Shown: positions 19,192 to 30,175, counted from the stretch's first letter. The stretch is 64,000 nucleotides of DNA from Cyanobacteria bacterium auto_48_18 (GCA_036170915.1 JAVHQC010000006.1:32001-96000); one strand, 5' to 3'. Program-made: numbers and translations. Notes: generated from the letters alone by a model not told the origin.

Positions 19192-21969
19192 ATGGTGAGT
19201 ATGACAAGTTCCAGTCAAGCTCAAGATTCGAAAGGCAAAGCCAACAAGCTCAAACTTTCCAAACGAGTTTATCTTTTTGAAGAAGGTTTTGATGCTTTTG
19301 ATGGTGACCGTGATGCCATGAAAGAGCTTTTGGGCGGAAAGGGAGCTGGTCTTGCCGAGATGACCCATTCAGGAGTGAACGTGCCTCCTGGTTTGACGAT
19401 TTTGACATCTTGCTGCAGACAGTACACAGAGAACAATCAAAAAATGCCGGAGAAGCTTTTTGATGAAGTTATGGTGGAACTGGCTCATGTAGAGAAAAAA
19501 CTCGATCGAGTGCTTGGTGATTTGGCTAAACCGCTGCTGCTTTCAGTGCGATCTGGCGCCAAGTTTTCTATGCCGGGCATGATGGATACAATTTTAAATT
19601 TAGGCCTTAACGATCAAACTGTAGAATCCATCTCTACTTTGACCAGCAACGCGCGTTTCGCCTGGGATAGTTATCGTCGCTTCATTGCCATGTACAGCAG
19701 TGTGGTGCTCGAAATCAGTAAAGACAGCTTTGAAGATTTGTTGGAAGATCTCAAAGACGAATTAAAAGTTGAAAGTGACGCTGATCTCAGTGTGGAAGAT
19801 TTAAAAAAACTGGTGACACAGTTTAAGGCACTGGTGGAAAAGCATTCGGGAAAACCATTTCCGCAAGATACACGAGAGCAGCTCAAAGGTGCGGTGGAGG
19901 CTGTGTTCAGATCTTGGAACAATAATCGGGCGATTTACTACCGCAATCTCAATAAGATCGATCACAATTTAGGCACTGCCGTCAACGTTCAATCTATGGT
20001 CTTTGGTAATTTTGATGACACTTCTGCCACAGGTGTTTGCTTTACTCGCAATCCCAGCACTGGTGAAAAGCTTTTATATGGAGAATATCTGGTTAACGCT
20101 CAGGGTGAAGATGTGGTGGCAGGCACTCGCACACCGCTTAAAATCTCTGATCTGGCTAAAGGCATGCCTGAGGTTTACGAAGAGCTACTCGCCAATGTTG
20201 GCCGCCTCGAACACTATTATCGCGATATGCAAGACATCGAATTTACAATCGAACAGGGCAAGCTCTATTTATTGCAAACGCGCAGCGGCAAAAGAACGGC
20301 TGCGGCAGCGGTTAAGGTTGCGGTTGATATGGTTGGTGAGGGAATCATCAGTCGCGACGAAGGTTTAAATAGAGTCGAGCCCATGCAATTAAATCAATTG
20401 CTTTTGCCCTCCTTCATCGCTGAAGAAAAAGACAAAGCCAAAAAAGAAAATAGACTGATTGCTGTGGGCCTCAACGCTTCTCCTGGTGCTGCAATTGGCA
20501 AAATTATTTTCAACCCTGATGAAGCCGAGAAGATGGCCAATCAGGGCCTCAAAGTAATCTTGATCAGAATCGAGACCTGTCCTGATGATATTCACGGCAT
20601 CGTGCCTGCTCAGGGTGTGATCACCAGTCGTGGTGGCATGACCAGTCACGCCGCTGTGGTCGCTCGTGGTATGGGCAAGCCCTGTGTAGCCGGCTGTGAA
20701 GCCCTCAAGATTGACCTTGAGCGTGAAGAAATGTATGTTCAGAGCAAGCTCTATAAGAAAGGCGATTTAATTTCCATCGACGGATCCACCGGCGAAATTT
20801 TTGAAGGTCAGATAACTACTCACGAACCTCAGTTTTCACAAGACTTCCAAACCTTGCTTGGTTGGGCTGATCAAGTGCGTACTCTGGCCATCAGAACCAA
20901 TGCTGATACTCCAGAAGACGCAAAATTGGCGCGTGAGTTTGGTGCCCAAGGCATCGGACTCTGTCGCACCGAACATATGTTTATGGCACAAGATCGGCTG
21001 CCGGTGATGCAGCAGATGATCCTTTCTTCCACTGACCTTGAGCGTGAGGCCGCCCTGGCTAAATTACTGCCCATGCAGCGGGCCGACTTTACCGGAATTT
21101 TTCAGGCCATGGCCGGTTTGCCTGTGACTATTCGGTTGCTCGATCCTCCTTTGCATGAATTTCTGCCGAGAGAAGAACATTTGATCGAAGAAGTTGCCAC
21201 CATGCGTGCCAAAGGCAATAAAGGCGCAGAATTGCGCGACAAAGAGATACTTTTGAAAAAAGTTGGTGAGCTTAAAGAGTCCAATCCGATGATGGGCTTG
21301 CGTGGTTGCAGGCTCGGTCTGGTTTATCCCGGCATTAATAAAATGCAAGTGCAGGCCATTTTTGAGGCGGCCATTGCCGTGAAGAAGCAAGGCATCGAAG
21401 TCTTGCCCGAAATCATGATTCCACTTGTGGGTCATGCCAACGAATTAAAATTTGCCAGGCAGCAGCTTGAGGCCGTTGCTCGCGAAGTGATGGATCGCGA
21501 GAAAACCGAGGTGGTGTACAAATTCGGCACCATGATCGAAATTCCACGTGCTTGCGTTACGGCCGATGAGATTGCCGAATATGCCGAGTTTTTCAGTTTC
21601 GGTACCAATGACCTGACGCAAATGACATTCGGCTATTCCAGAGATGACGCCGAAGGCAAATTTTTGCAGCGCTATCTTGATGGAGTGGAGTTTGACGGCG
21701 GTAAGCATAAAGTTTTGATCAACAATCCCTTTGAGGTCTTAGATTTTGGCGGCGTAGGCAAATTGATGCAGATTGCCGTAGATTTAGGTCGCAAAGCCAA
21801 GCCGGATCTTAAGCTCGGAATCTGTGGAGAGCATGGTGGAGAACCTCAATCTATCGCCTTTGCCTACAAACTTGGCCTTTCCTACGTTAGTTGCTCACCC
21901 TACAGAGTGCCCGTGGCGCGGCTGGCAGCAGCTCAAGCGACATTAAGCGGTACAGAAAGAGACAAATAA
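19192..21969 (+). CDS. ppdK: Pyruvate, phosphate dikinase
   Basis: LLGGKGAGL, SVRSGA, GGMTSHAAVVAR (phospho-His), GIGLCRTEHM, FSFGTNDLTQ, GICGEHGG. Confidence 0.97.
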   Translation: MVSMTSSSQAQDSKGKANKLKLSKRVYLFEEGFDAFDGDRDAMKELLGGKGAGLAEMTHSGVNVPPGLTILTSCCRQYTENNQKMPEKLFDEVMVELAHVEKKLDRVLGDLAKPLLLSVRSGAKFSMPGMMDTILNLGLNDQTVESISTLTSNARFAWDSYRRFIAMYSSVVLEISKDSFEDLLEDLKDELKVESDADLSVEDLKKLVTQFKALVEKHSGKPFPQDTREQLKGAVEAVFRSWNNNRAIYYRNLNKIDHNLGTAVNVQSMVFGNFDDTSATGVCFTRNPSTGEKLLYGEYLVNAQGEDVVAGTRTPLKISDLAKGMPEVYEELLANVGRLEHYYRDMQDIEFTIEQGKLYLLQTRSGKRTAAAAVKVAVDMVGEGIISRDEGLNRVEPMQLNQLLLPSFIAEEKDKAKKENRLIAVGLNASPGAAIGKIIFNPDEAEKMANQGLKVILIRIETCPDDIHGIVPAQGVITSRGGMTSHAAVVARGMGKPCVAGCEALKIDLEREEMYVQSKLYKKGDLISIDGSTGEIFEGQITTHEPQFSQDFQTLLGWADQVRTLAIRTNADTPEDAKLAREFGAQGIGLCRTEHMFMAQDRLPVMQQMILSSTDLEREAALAKLLPMQRADFTGIFQAMAGLPVTIRLLDPPLHEFLPREEHLIEEVATMRAKGNKGAELRDKEILLKKVGELKESNPMMGLRGCRLGLVYPGINKMQVQAIFEAAIAVKKQGIEVLPEIMIPLVGHANELKFARQQLEAVAREVMDREKTEVVYKFGTMIEIPRACVTADEIAEYAEFFSFGTNDLTQMTFGYSRDDAEGKFLQRYLDGVEFDGGKHKVLINNPFEVLDFGGVGKLMQIAVDLGRKAKPDLKLGICGEHGGEPQSIAFAYKLGLSYVSCSPYRVPVARLAAAQATLSGTERDK

Positions 21970-22067
21970 TCAAACTAAGGGTAGGTTTAGAATAGGGCCT
22001 GACGCTGGTAAAAAAGTAGCAGAGGCGCACTAGAAATAGAGATAGAAATAGAGACGGACCCAGCTGC

Positions 22068-23018
22068 ATGTCCATTGACGAAAATGTTGACGCCCTTTTA
22101 AGGCTTCTACCTGATATGGAGCAATCGCTCGGCCCGGATCACCCAGATCTTGCCGACTATTTCATCTCGCTTGGCCTTCTGCTCTATCACGACAGTCGTT
22201 TTGAAGAGGCTGAAGATTTATTTGTCAGGGCTCTGGCTATGCGCGAGCGTTTGCTGGCAGTTGACCATCCTGATGTGGCCGCTGCACTCAATCACCTCGG
22301 CCTGGTTTATCTGGCCGAAGGCAAATATGCAGATGCCGAGCCTCTTTTTAAGCGAGCCCTCAGTTTACAAGAAAAAATGTTCGGCGTAGAGCACGTCTCT
22401 ATTGCCGCGGCCCTGAACAATCTGGGCGATCTCTACATGACTCTCAATCGCTTTGCTGAAGCCGAAGATGTGCTCAAACGTGGTTTGAAAATCCGCGAGC
22501 GCAATTTAGGATTTGAAGACGGCAGTTTGATTGAAATTTTAAATTCGCTGGCAAACATTTACTCTGAGCAGAACCGCAACCTTGATGCCGAACCGTTATT
22601 TAGGCGCGTACTGAAAATTGAAGAAAGGCTGCATGGCAGCGACCATCCTAATGTAGCAAATGCTCTCAATAATCTGGCTTCTCTATTTCTCGCTAAAGAT
22701 CAGTTTGATCAAGCAGAGCCTATGCACCGCCGGGCCCTGGCAATACGTGAGAGGGTGTTGAGCCCTGATCATCCTAAGGTGGCAGAGAGCTTGAATAACT
22801 TAGGTTGGCTTTATCACCAGCACGGCAATCACGGTCGAGCTGAAAGTCTCTATCGCCGTGCCATCGAAATATGGGAGCGAGCTCTGGGGCCTGATCATGC
22901 CTATGTGGCAGCTTGTCTGGAAAACTATGCCGAGCTATTGCGCAAAACCAATCGCGGTACTGAAGCCGTTTCGCTTGACCGGCGCGTGCAGCTGATTCGC
23001 TCTAAGTATATGGAATAG
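22068..23018 (+). CDS. 42-aa TPR-repeat (kinesin light chain-like) protein
   Basis: Repeated DHPxVAxxLNNL. Confidence 0.9.
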   Translation: MSIDENVDALLRLLPDMEQSLGPDHPDLADYFISLGLLLYHDSRFEEAEDLFVRALAMRERLLAVDHPDVAAALNHLGLVYLAEGKYADAEPLFKRALSLQEKMFGVEHVSIAAALNNLGDLYMTLNRFAEAEDVLKRGLKIRERNLGFEDGSLIEILNSLANIYSEQNRNLDAEPLFRRVLKIEERLHGSDHPNVANALNNLASLFLAKDQFDQAEPMHRRALAIRERVLSPDHPKVAESLNNLGWLYHQHGNHGRAESLYRRAIEIWERALGPDHAYVAACLENYAELLRKTNRGTEAVSLDRRVQLIRSKYME

Positions 23019-23026
23019 AGTGAGAT

Positions 23027-23872
23027 TTATTTGTTGTACTCAGGTGGAATGGCACTGACCAGTGTGCGCATAATTCCTGGTGCCACACCATGAAAGCGTT
23101 CGGCAAAACGACCAGGCAATGTCAAAATTAGCTCGTGTGACCCGCCTTTTTCCATGCTTTTGACAATTTCGTCTACACACTGTGTGGTGCTGATGCTGAG
23201 CACATGTTTCATTAAGGCACCAGTGAGATCATTTTTCTCAGCAATCAAGGTTGGATTTTTCTGCCCAGGCACTGCATTCTTTTCAAAGAACTCTGTTCTT
23301 ACCCAACCGGGGCAAACAGTTAAGACGTCTACTTGATTGGTAAGCTCCGCTGCCAGACCTTCTGAAAGGGCAGTGAGGGCGAATTTGCTTGAACAGTAGC
23401 TAACACTACCGGGGAAAGAAATTTTTCCGGCTACTGACGAAATATTGATGATTTTGCTGCTTTTAGAATTTTTCAGATGCGGCAATGAGGCATACACCAG
23501 CGACAGTGGCATGAAGAAATTGACTTCAAAAAGCCTGCGCCAGTCGTCCATGCTGAGACTTTCAAATTTTCCTGGTACGGCCATGCCGGCGTTATTTACA
23601 AGCAGATCAATGCCACCGTATAAGGTGCAACATTGCTCAACCAGGCGATTTGCCATATCAGGCGAGGCGATATCACCCACAATAATTTCGGCTTCGCCAC
23701 CACAAGCAATTACCTGCTCTTTTGCACTCAGCAGTTCAGGCTCACTGCGGGCCGTTAAAATCAACTTGGCCTTATATTTTTTTGCCAGTGAAAGTGCCAG
23801 GCCGCGCCCTATACCAGAAGAAGCGCCAGTGATGATGCCGCGCATCAGGTTGCCTTTTTTGATTTTCGACAT
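23027..23872 (-). CDS. Short-chain dehydrogenase/reductase
   Basis: TGASSGIG, NNAG, YCSSK; start at 23872 or 23845. Confidence 0.92.
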   Translation of the reverse strand: MSKIKKGNLMRGIITGASSGIGRGLALSLAKKYKAKLILTARSEPELLSAKEQVIACGGEAEIIVGDIASPDMANRLVEQCCTLYGGIDLLVNNAGMAVPGKFESLSMDDWRRLFEVNFFMPLSLVYASLPHLKNSKSSKIINISSVAGKISFPGSVSYCSSKFALTALSEGLAAELTNQVDVLTVCPGWVRTEFFEKNAVPGQKNPTLIAEKNDLTGALMKHVLSISTTQCVDEIVKSMEKGGSHELILTLPGRFAERFHGVAPGIMRTLVSAIPPEYNK

Positions 23873-23885
23873 TTTATTTGCTCGT

Positions 23886-25181
23886 TCAGATGAAGAACAG
23901 GGTTTCAAGGCCATAAATGGCCAGCAGATACGACATTTCACTTTCATACTGGCTATCGGTCAAAACTGATTTTAGTGCATCTATTGATGATGAGTTGCGA
24001 TAGCGAGCCTTCAATTGCTTTATGTGACGCAGACCATAGGGAGTGGCACTCTGATGCAAGCTCAACCGATAGCCTTCAAAGAAAAAACTGGCCGCAAAAT
24101 ATTGGGCCACCATCATTGTCAATAGCATCATGTAAGTGGTGGTGTCATGAACGGTCTGAGTAAAATAGAGAATAGTAGAGCCTACAAACAGCAAAATCAT
24201 AAAGACAATCACGCCTAAGCTATTTAAGGCGAAATTGACCACACGTAAAAAGATAGTCAGGGCAGCAATGCGAAAGTTACGCCGGGGCGCATTGCTCAAG
24301 ACTTCTGATAGATCAGTGTATAAAGGAATAAAGGCACGGGCACCGATAGCCGTTCTTGCCGCAAAAGCCGAGGCGCCGGCCACCATAAAAATTATGGCGC
24401 CGTTGAAAAAATTAGGCACCGACTGTAGTATCAACGCAATGAAGGCAAGTTGGGCCACGGCAAAGCAGATAAAATAAGTACGAGCCAATTTATGTCGATC
24501 TTTTTCTTCAAGCAAAAGGCCTTTGCGTAATAGTTCGGCCTTTAATTCTTGTTCGAAAGAATCTTTGTAGCCGCTGGCGCCAACCTCAGCAATAATGCGC
24601 ATCAGACCGGTCTTGGAAAAATATTTGCGTATATGGCGCGGATCTTTCAAAATTTCTTGAGCAGTTCCCTTGAGGGCCATTGACAGAATTCTATAGAGAA
24701 AAGGCAATCTGCGCACAAAGCCGATGGGGTCTTTCTTTATGTCCATGTTGGTGGTGCCAGTCACTGCCTGTACTTTATTTTTGCCCCAGTTGCGCAAAGA
24801 AGAAGTAATGATCGATTTTAATCGCTGTTCATAATGACTAGCTGAGGAGCCCGGCGAATCTTTCTTGGAGAGCGCCGGCACATTTGGCGCCGGTACAGGC
24901 GGCGAATCAAGATCTAGGGCTAGCTCGAGGGCAAGCTCGCCGCTGACAGTGCGCGACGTCAGAGTATGCAAATGCGTTTTGATTTCTCGATGCAGCATGT
25001 CGAAGACCAGCACTATTAGTGCAAAGCTGGTATCGCCATTCTGACTTAGATAGGCAATCTCAACCGGAGCCAGTTCTAAATCGACGGCATTGTCTGAACC
25101 ATGTTTTTGCTGGCTGTCAGACAGCGTTTTTTGCATAACAAAAAGCGTTATGCAGATAAGCAGCAATTCGACAAAATACAC
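23886..25181 (-). CDS. Hypothetical integral membrane protein
   Basis: Long ORF with multiple TM segments; no family recognised. Confidence 0.7.
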   Translation of the reverse strand: MYFVELLLICITLFVMQKTLSDSQQKHGSDNAVDLELAPVEIAYLSQNGDTSFALIVLVFDMLHREIKTHLHTLTSRTVSGELALELALDLDSPPVPAPNVPALSKKDSPGSSASHYEQRLKSIITSSLRNWGKNKVQAVTGTTNMDIKKDPIGFVRRLPFLYRILSMALKGTAQEILKDPRHIRKYFSKTGLMRIIAEVGASGYKDSFEQELKAELLRKGLLLEEKDRHKLARTYFICFAVAQLAFIALILQSVPNFFNGAIIFMVAGASAFAARTAIGARAFIPLYTDLSEVLSNAPRRNFRIAALTIFLRVVNFALNSLGVIVFMILLFVGSTILYFTQTVHDTTTYMMLLTMMVAQYFAASFFFEGYRLSLHQSATPYGLRHIKQLKARYRNSSSIDALKSVLTDSQYESEMSYLLAIYGLETLFFI

Positions 25182-25188
25182 TAAAGTT

Positions 25189-25620
25189 TTAGCCGGCCTT
25201 GGTTAGCAGGTTGGAGCTCACCAGAGCTGGACTGGAGCTGACAATTTTTTGCCGCAAACCAATTTTGCGCATTACTTCGAGCAGGTCTTTCAAGCTGGCT
25301 TCGAGTGACAATTGTGCGTCAGATTCATAACCCAGAGGACCATCAATGCTTCTAGCATCACCCTGGTGCAAAACAATAACTGGCAAATCGTTGTGTGTTT
25401 GTTTTACTCGGCGCAGTGTTGAAAGCGCTTCGATGCCGATTGTAGAAAGACTCAATACCACCAGGTCTGCTTGGCTCTCGCGAAGCTTTTGTTCAAGCTT
25501 GCTTGTGGGTAAGGCCGTGCCCACCACTTCAAAATCTTTGTGCTGCTCGAGCCAGAGGCTGAGCGTAACCAGTGCCAGACGATCACTGTCGACTATGAAT
25601 ACTTTGGTGGGCGGGTTCAT
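25189..25620 (-). CDS. Stand-alone atypical receiver-domain protein
   Basis: KVFIVDSD..DFEVVG..ADLVVLS; the phosphoacceptor Asp appears replaced by Ser. Confidence 0.75.
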   Translation of the reverse strand: MNPPTKVFIVDSDRLALVTLSLWLEQHKDFEVVGTALPTSKLEQKLRESQADLVVLSLSTIGIEALSTLRRVKQTHNDLPVIVLHQGDARSIDGPLGYESDAQLSLEASLKDLLEVMRKIGLRQKIVSSSPALVSSNLLTKAG

Positions 25621-25927
25621 TAGTTTTTACCTGACCTGCGCGATAAGGGTGGTCGGAGGCACTGTGGGGATAGTGACCAAATTAGAGCCTGAATCTTGAA
25701 ACTACCAGCCCATCGACTTAATGAACTCGTTTTCAAACATAAAGACAAACTGAAGATGTATGCAAGTGTATACCCTTAGCTAGCTTTTTGGAATGTAGTG
25801 AGAGCTGTCAAATGATCTCTCGGCTTGTGCTTGAAAAGGCTGAGCAGGTCAAGCATTGACCAAGCTGCCAAGAGATAAGATGGAAGAAACTTAATCACCC
25901 TTAGATATGCTTTGGCACTCAATCAAG

Positions 25928-26863
25928 CTAGTCAAGAAACTCTAAAGAGAGATCGATATTTTTTGCAGAATGAGTCAGGGCGCCAGTTGAGATGGCATCA
26001 ACGCCTTTTATTAAATACGATTCGAGGTTGGTCAAATTTACGCCGCCAGAAACTTCGACAAAACATTTGCTATCTCTACTAGATATCTGTTGGATTGCTT
26101 GACGCACCATATCAGGTGTCATGTTATCAAGCAGAACCCTTCCGACACCCAGATCCTGAGCGCTTTTCAATTCGGAAAGATTGCTTACTTCCACTTCCAG
26201 AATCTGACTCATCTTTATATGTGGATGCTTTTGCAAATATTTTTGAGCAGCGCCAGCCGCTTCTTTAACGCCTCCGGCAATTTTTATATGGTTGTCTTTA
26301 ATCAAAATGGCATCAAAAAGACCGAAGCGGTGGTTGGTTCCGCCACCGGCCCGCACGCCGTAGCGCTCAAGCACCCGCAGACCTGGTGTGGTTTTTCTCG
26401 TGTCAAGAATGGCTATACCGGCCGGTTGGGCTAATTGTGTATATAGTCTCGTCTGGGTAGCAATGCCCGAAAGCCTTTGCATAATGTTCAGCGCCAGTCT
26501 CTCACCTTTGAGAATGGCTTGAGCCGGGCCTTCCAGTCGCGCCACAGCGGTTGGCACGTGAGCTTGGTCAAAATAGACACCATCTTCCGTCAATAATTCG
26601 ATATTGACCTCAGCGCTCAGCTTTGCCATCACCTTCGCCAGGAACGGCAGACCAGCGATGACACCTGGTTCCTTGATCAAGATTTCGGCGCGAGTACGCA
26701 GGGTTGGGTCAACTGTGGCCGCTGTAGTCAAATCAAAGGGTTGGTCGTCACTTTCTTCAGTAGCGCCAAAATCTTCTAAGAACGCTAAATTCAGTAGCTT
26801 TTCCAGCAGCTCTTCTTGTAGTTCGCTGGTGACTTTCTGAGAAATTAAGCTTGAACTTGACAT
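25928..26863 (-). CDS. nadC: Quinolinate phosphoribosyltransferase
   Basis: ERLALN, DTRKTTPGLR, NHRFGL, IKDNH, EVEV, LLDN, SGG. Confidence 0.96.
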   Translation of the reverse strand: MSSSSLISQKVTSELQEELLEKLLNLAFLEDFGATEESDDQPFDLTTAATVDPTLRTRAEILIKEPGVIAGLPFLAKVMAKLSAEVNIELLTEDGVYFDQAHVPTAVARLEGPAQAILKGERLALNIMQRLSGIATQTRLYTQLAQPAGIAILDTRKTTPGLRVLERYGVRAGGGTNHRFGLFDAILIKDNHIKIAGGVKEAAGAAQKYLQKHPHIKMSQILEVEVSNLSELKSAQDLGVGRVLLDNMTPDMVRQAIQQISSRDSKCFVEVSGGVNLTNLESYLIKGVDAISTGALTHSAKNIDLSLEFLD

Positions 26864-26969
26864 ATTCTTGCGATCACCTTTGAAATCAGTTGAGAGTGCG
26901 TTAATATTATAGTTCCCGAAAGTGGGGTGATGACGGGTCGGCTGGCAGCAGCCTATCCATGGAGTTTAT

Positions 26970-27269
26970 ATGAAGAGGGGAAAAACTGTAGTCTTCGAAT
27001 TAAAGCTAACTACTGTGGTGGCTTTGGTCGTCGTCGAGTTTTTAATTCTGGCTTGCTTGGCTTCCGTTGCTACAAATTCACAAATCTACAGTAGTTTGCA
27101 GCGTAGTCGCGATGCCTTGTTAGACCAGAGGCACTATCTTCAGGCAGAAGCAGACAGGCTTACAGTCAGAATCAATGCACTGCATGTTTCGCTCGATACG
27201 GTCAACGGTTATCTGCGAGACAACGATCGCGCTTTGCGCGATGTTGAAACCGCCATGAAACGACAATAA
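26970..27269 (+). CDS. Hypothetical protein, TM anchor plus coiled coil
   Basis: GGAG RBS; hydrophobic N-terminus. Confidence 0.6.
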   Translation: MKRGKTVVFELKLTTVVALVVVEFLILACLASVATNSQIYSSLQRSRDALLDQRHYLQAEADRLTVRINALHVSLDTVNGYLRDNDRALRDVETAMKRQ

Positions 27270-27283
27270 ACCAGGAGAATCAA

Positions 27284-27835
27284 ATGATCTCTATTATCAC
27301 CAGACAGATTTCTTGCGTTAGCCTCGGCGCTCTGGCTGCTATTTTCTTTTCACTGGCGGCCACTCCGCCTGCTCTGGCTGAACATGTCGAAACACAAGTG
27401 CACTGCATTGAACCGCACGCAGCTTGCAGTGAAGCACAGAAAGTGATTGATACTTTGCACGAAATGGCGAAGGCAATCAATCGCGGTGATTTTGAACATT
27501 TCTCTGAATATTTCGATGAAAACGTCACCACTTTTGACGACATCACAAAAAAATTGTTGGTAGGAAAAAAAGCGGTAGTGGCGAGAATTAAAGAGCGCTA
27601 CGAAAACTCAGTGCGCGATTCTGAAAGTCATGCTGTTTCTTACACCATTTTTCAACCTTATGCCAAAGTGCATGATGGTGGTAAAACTGCCTCTGTTACT
27701 TGCATTTTGCGTAAAGTAGTGGGCGGCAAGCATCCTGTGGTTTTTGAATCACACGACTCTAAAGTATTCGTCAAAGAAGGCGATCAGTGGAAAGAATTGC
27801 ATAGCCAGGGCCAGTGGAAGAAGATTTCTTCTTAG
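27284..27835 (+). CDS. Exported NTF2/SnoaL-like protein
   Basis: Signal peptide; AINRGDF..YFDENVT; SKVFVKEGDQWKELH. Confidence 0.75.
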   Translation: MISIITRQISCVSLGALAAIFFSLAATPPALAEHVETQVHCIEPHAACSEAQKVIDTLHEMAKAINRGDFEHFSEYFDENVTTFDDITKKLLVGKKAVVARIKERYENSVRDSESHAVSYTIFQPYAKVHDGGKTASVTCILRKVVGGKHPVVFESHDSKVFVKEGDQWKELHSQGQWKKISS

Positions 27836-27849
27836 CGATTTTGTTCAGG

Positions 27850-28392
27850 TCAAATCAAAATTAAATTGGTAGCCAGGTCAACAGCACTGTCGAGATCGGC
27901 AAAGAGCGTCTCGGGCACCAGATTGTCTATTTGAAAACGCGAACCTAATCGCAGCACGAGGGTCAGCAGTGCTGCTTGAATGATGGCACCATGATCGAAG
28001 GCCAGGGCCGGCAGTTCGGCCACATTGAAAAAAGCCACGGTGCGAGCATCAGACGCAGCAGAGGCGGTAGCAGCTTCGGCTTCTGATATGACGGCCACGT
28101 AAGCGGCTGTAATTGTACGGCCTCGTGGATCACGGCCGATGTCGCCGAAGCTGCCGCAGGAAAAAAATCTAGATTGAGGCAGGCTAATACTTGTTTCTTC
28201 GGCCAGCTCTCGACCTGTAGCTTGCTCAAGGCTGATGTCATCTTCATCGAGAAAACCACCCGGAAGCGCCCACGAACCCTGGCATGGTGGATTGAGGCGC
28301 TCAACCAGTAACACCTGCAGGCAGTGACGTTGGTATTTAAAGACCACGGCGTCTACAGTTACTCTGGCGGCAGCTATTTTACTTTCGCTCAT
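27850..28392 (-). CDS. NUDIX hydrolase (ADP-ribose pyrophosphatase-like)
   Basis: WALPGGF..RELAEET, RDPRGR, LAFDH. Confidence 0.9.
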   Translation of the reverse strand: MSESKIAAARVTVDAVVFKYQRHCLQVLLVERLNPPCQGSWALPGGFLDEDDISLEQATGRELAEETSISLPQSRFFSCGSFGDIGRDPRGRTITAAYVAVISEAEAATASAASDARTVAFFNVAELPALAFDHGAIIQAALLTLVLRLGSRFQIDNLVPETLFADLDSAVDLATNLILI

Positions 28393-29348
28393 TTTTGCTT
28401 GCTTTCACTGTCTTCTAAAACGAACTTGAGACCCTGTAAATAATAACCGGCCGGAGGGACGCCGTGCTTTTCCGGTACTGCTATAAAAGTGGTAGGCAAG
28501 TTATGGCCTTGCAACTTTTGCTCCAGTTCTTTTTGAAAGGCAGGAGGAATAATAGTGTCTTCGCTGGCTGATATGAGAGCAAAGCGCGTGCCTGGCTTGA
28601 CCCGGTTTAAATTGGTATTGATGCTGCGTTCCTGATAGAGAGCTGGAGTGGCTTCAGCAGTGCCGCCCAGCCCTTCCACCATACCTGCTTGCACTAGACT
28701 GGAGGGAGTTTTGTGATAGAGCTCGGCCCAATCACCAGCCCCTTCGCTTGAAACTACGCCCACGATTTTTTCTTTGATATCGTCAGCAGCCAAATAACTG
28801 TAAGCCAGTGAAGAACAGCCTCCCATTGATGTGCCCATCAAAACTATTTTTGCCACCGGATAACGCATCATCAGTTCATGAATGTTCTGGTCGATATCAG
28901 AAATGGCACTGGGGTTTGCCCAGGAACAGTTGGCGCGATAGCTCGGTGAAAGAACGATTAAACCCGGATATTGGCCTTGCAGAGTTTGAACAATGGGCGC
29001 CCTTTTTGGTTCAATAAATGGCTCAAGTGAAGTCGCGCGCATGCCGTGCAGATAAACAAGCAAAGTAAGTTCTTTGCTGCCATCTAACACCAGTGGCGCC
29101 GCCACGGTATATGAACCCAGCACACCATCCAGGCGAGAGACAAAATTCTGATTCTCCAAGCCAAAGGCTTTAGCTTCGTTGCCGACGGAACGCAAAGCCG
29201 CCATATTGGTAACCATTACCGCGCGTTCTTTCTGCAATTTCTGCACTTTGCTTGACTGCTTGAGAAAAAGCACGAAAAACACCACTCCGGCGCAGTCGAA
29301 AAGTAGCGCCACGACCAGCAACAAGGTGAGAAGTGCTCGATTATTCAT
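28389..29348 (-). CDS. Membrane-anchored alpha/beta hydrolase
   Basis: YLHG, GTSMGG, D and H triad candidates. Confidence 0.85.
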   Translation of the reverse strand: MNNRALLTLLLVVALLFDCAGVVFFVLFLKQSSKVQKLQKERAVMVTNMAALRSVGNEAKAFGLENQNFVSRLDGVLGSYTVAAPLVLDGSKELTLLVYLHGMRATSLEPFIEPKRAPIVQTLQGQYPGLIVLSPSYRANCSWANPSAISDIDQNIHELMMRYPVAKIVLMGTSMGGCSSLAYSYLAADDIKEKIVGVVSSEGAGDWAELYHKTPSSLVQAGMVEGLGGTAEATPALYQERSINTNLNRVKPGTRFALISASEDTIIPPAFQKELEQKLQGHNLPTTFIAVPEKHGVPPAGYYLQGLKFVLEDSESKQK

Positions 29349-29434
29349 AGCCCCGGCTACCCTATATTGTCGGCCGGCGAGTGGCAGACCTTTACCTGTG
29401 AAGCTTAGCAGAGTAAGATGCTTTTGTTGAAACA

Positions 29435-30175
29435 GTGAATAGTATTGCCATGCGCGCCTTCGCTTTGCCTAACAGTTTCTGCCGATCGTCTTGCTTGCTC
29501 ATTTTGAGTTTGCTCTCGTCAACTATTTTCATCGCACCTTTGAATGCACAAGCACCAGTGCGTCCGAAGTCTGTTGATACCGCCCGAGAGTTGAACATGA
29601 AAGGCATTGAGCTGCAATCGACAGGGAAGCTAAAAGAGGCGGTGGAGTGTTATCGCCGCGCCATTCAGATTAATGCCTCCGCAGCGGGCTATCATAATAA
29701 TCTGGCTCTAGCATTGAAAGATCTTGGTGAATTGACCAGCGCAGAAAGCGAAGCCCGGATCGCTTTAAAATTGAGACCTAAGCGGGCTGATTATTTTTAT
29801 AATTTGGGCATTATCTTGCAGAGGCAAAAACGCCTCAGTGAAGCGGAGGCAGCATTCAGGCAGGCTCTCGAAATTGATTCGGCAGACACTGATTGCCATT
29901 TTCGCCTGGCACAAGTTTTGCTTGCCGCCTCTGGTGAGTCTCAATCGCTAGAGCCAGCTGAGCAGGAAATTAAATTGGCAATTTTGCTGAAGCCCGACCG
30001 TGCCGAATATTGCGAATTGCTTGGTGACATTTACATGAAAGAAAAAAAGTTTGACGATGCTTTTATTCAATACAAAGCGGTTGTGGAAATAAAAGGTTTT
30101 ACTGCTGCCACCATCCCTGGTGAACTGAAAGCCAAAATTGATTTTATCAAGGCCGCTCTAAAGCCTGCTGATTGA
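29435..30175 (+). CDS. Exported TPR protein
   Basis: Signal-like N-terminus; YHNNLALAL, FYNLGIIL repeats. Confidence 0.85.
   Translation: MNSIAMRAFALPNSFCRSSCLLILSLLSSTIFIAPLNAQAPVRPKSVDTARELNMKGIELQSTGKLKEAVECYRRAIQINASAAGYHNNLALALKDLGELTSAESEARIALKLRPKRADYFYNLGIILQRQKRLSEAEAAFRQALEIDSADTDCHFRLAQVLLAASGESQSLEPAEQEIKLAILLKPDRAEYCELLGDIYMKEKKFDDAFIQYKAVVEIKGFTAATIPGELKAKIDFIKAALKPAD

Noticed and set aside
22031..22054. TAGAAATAGAGA x2
   Set aside because: Only two copies of a low-complexity unit
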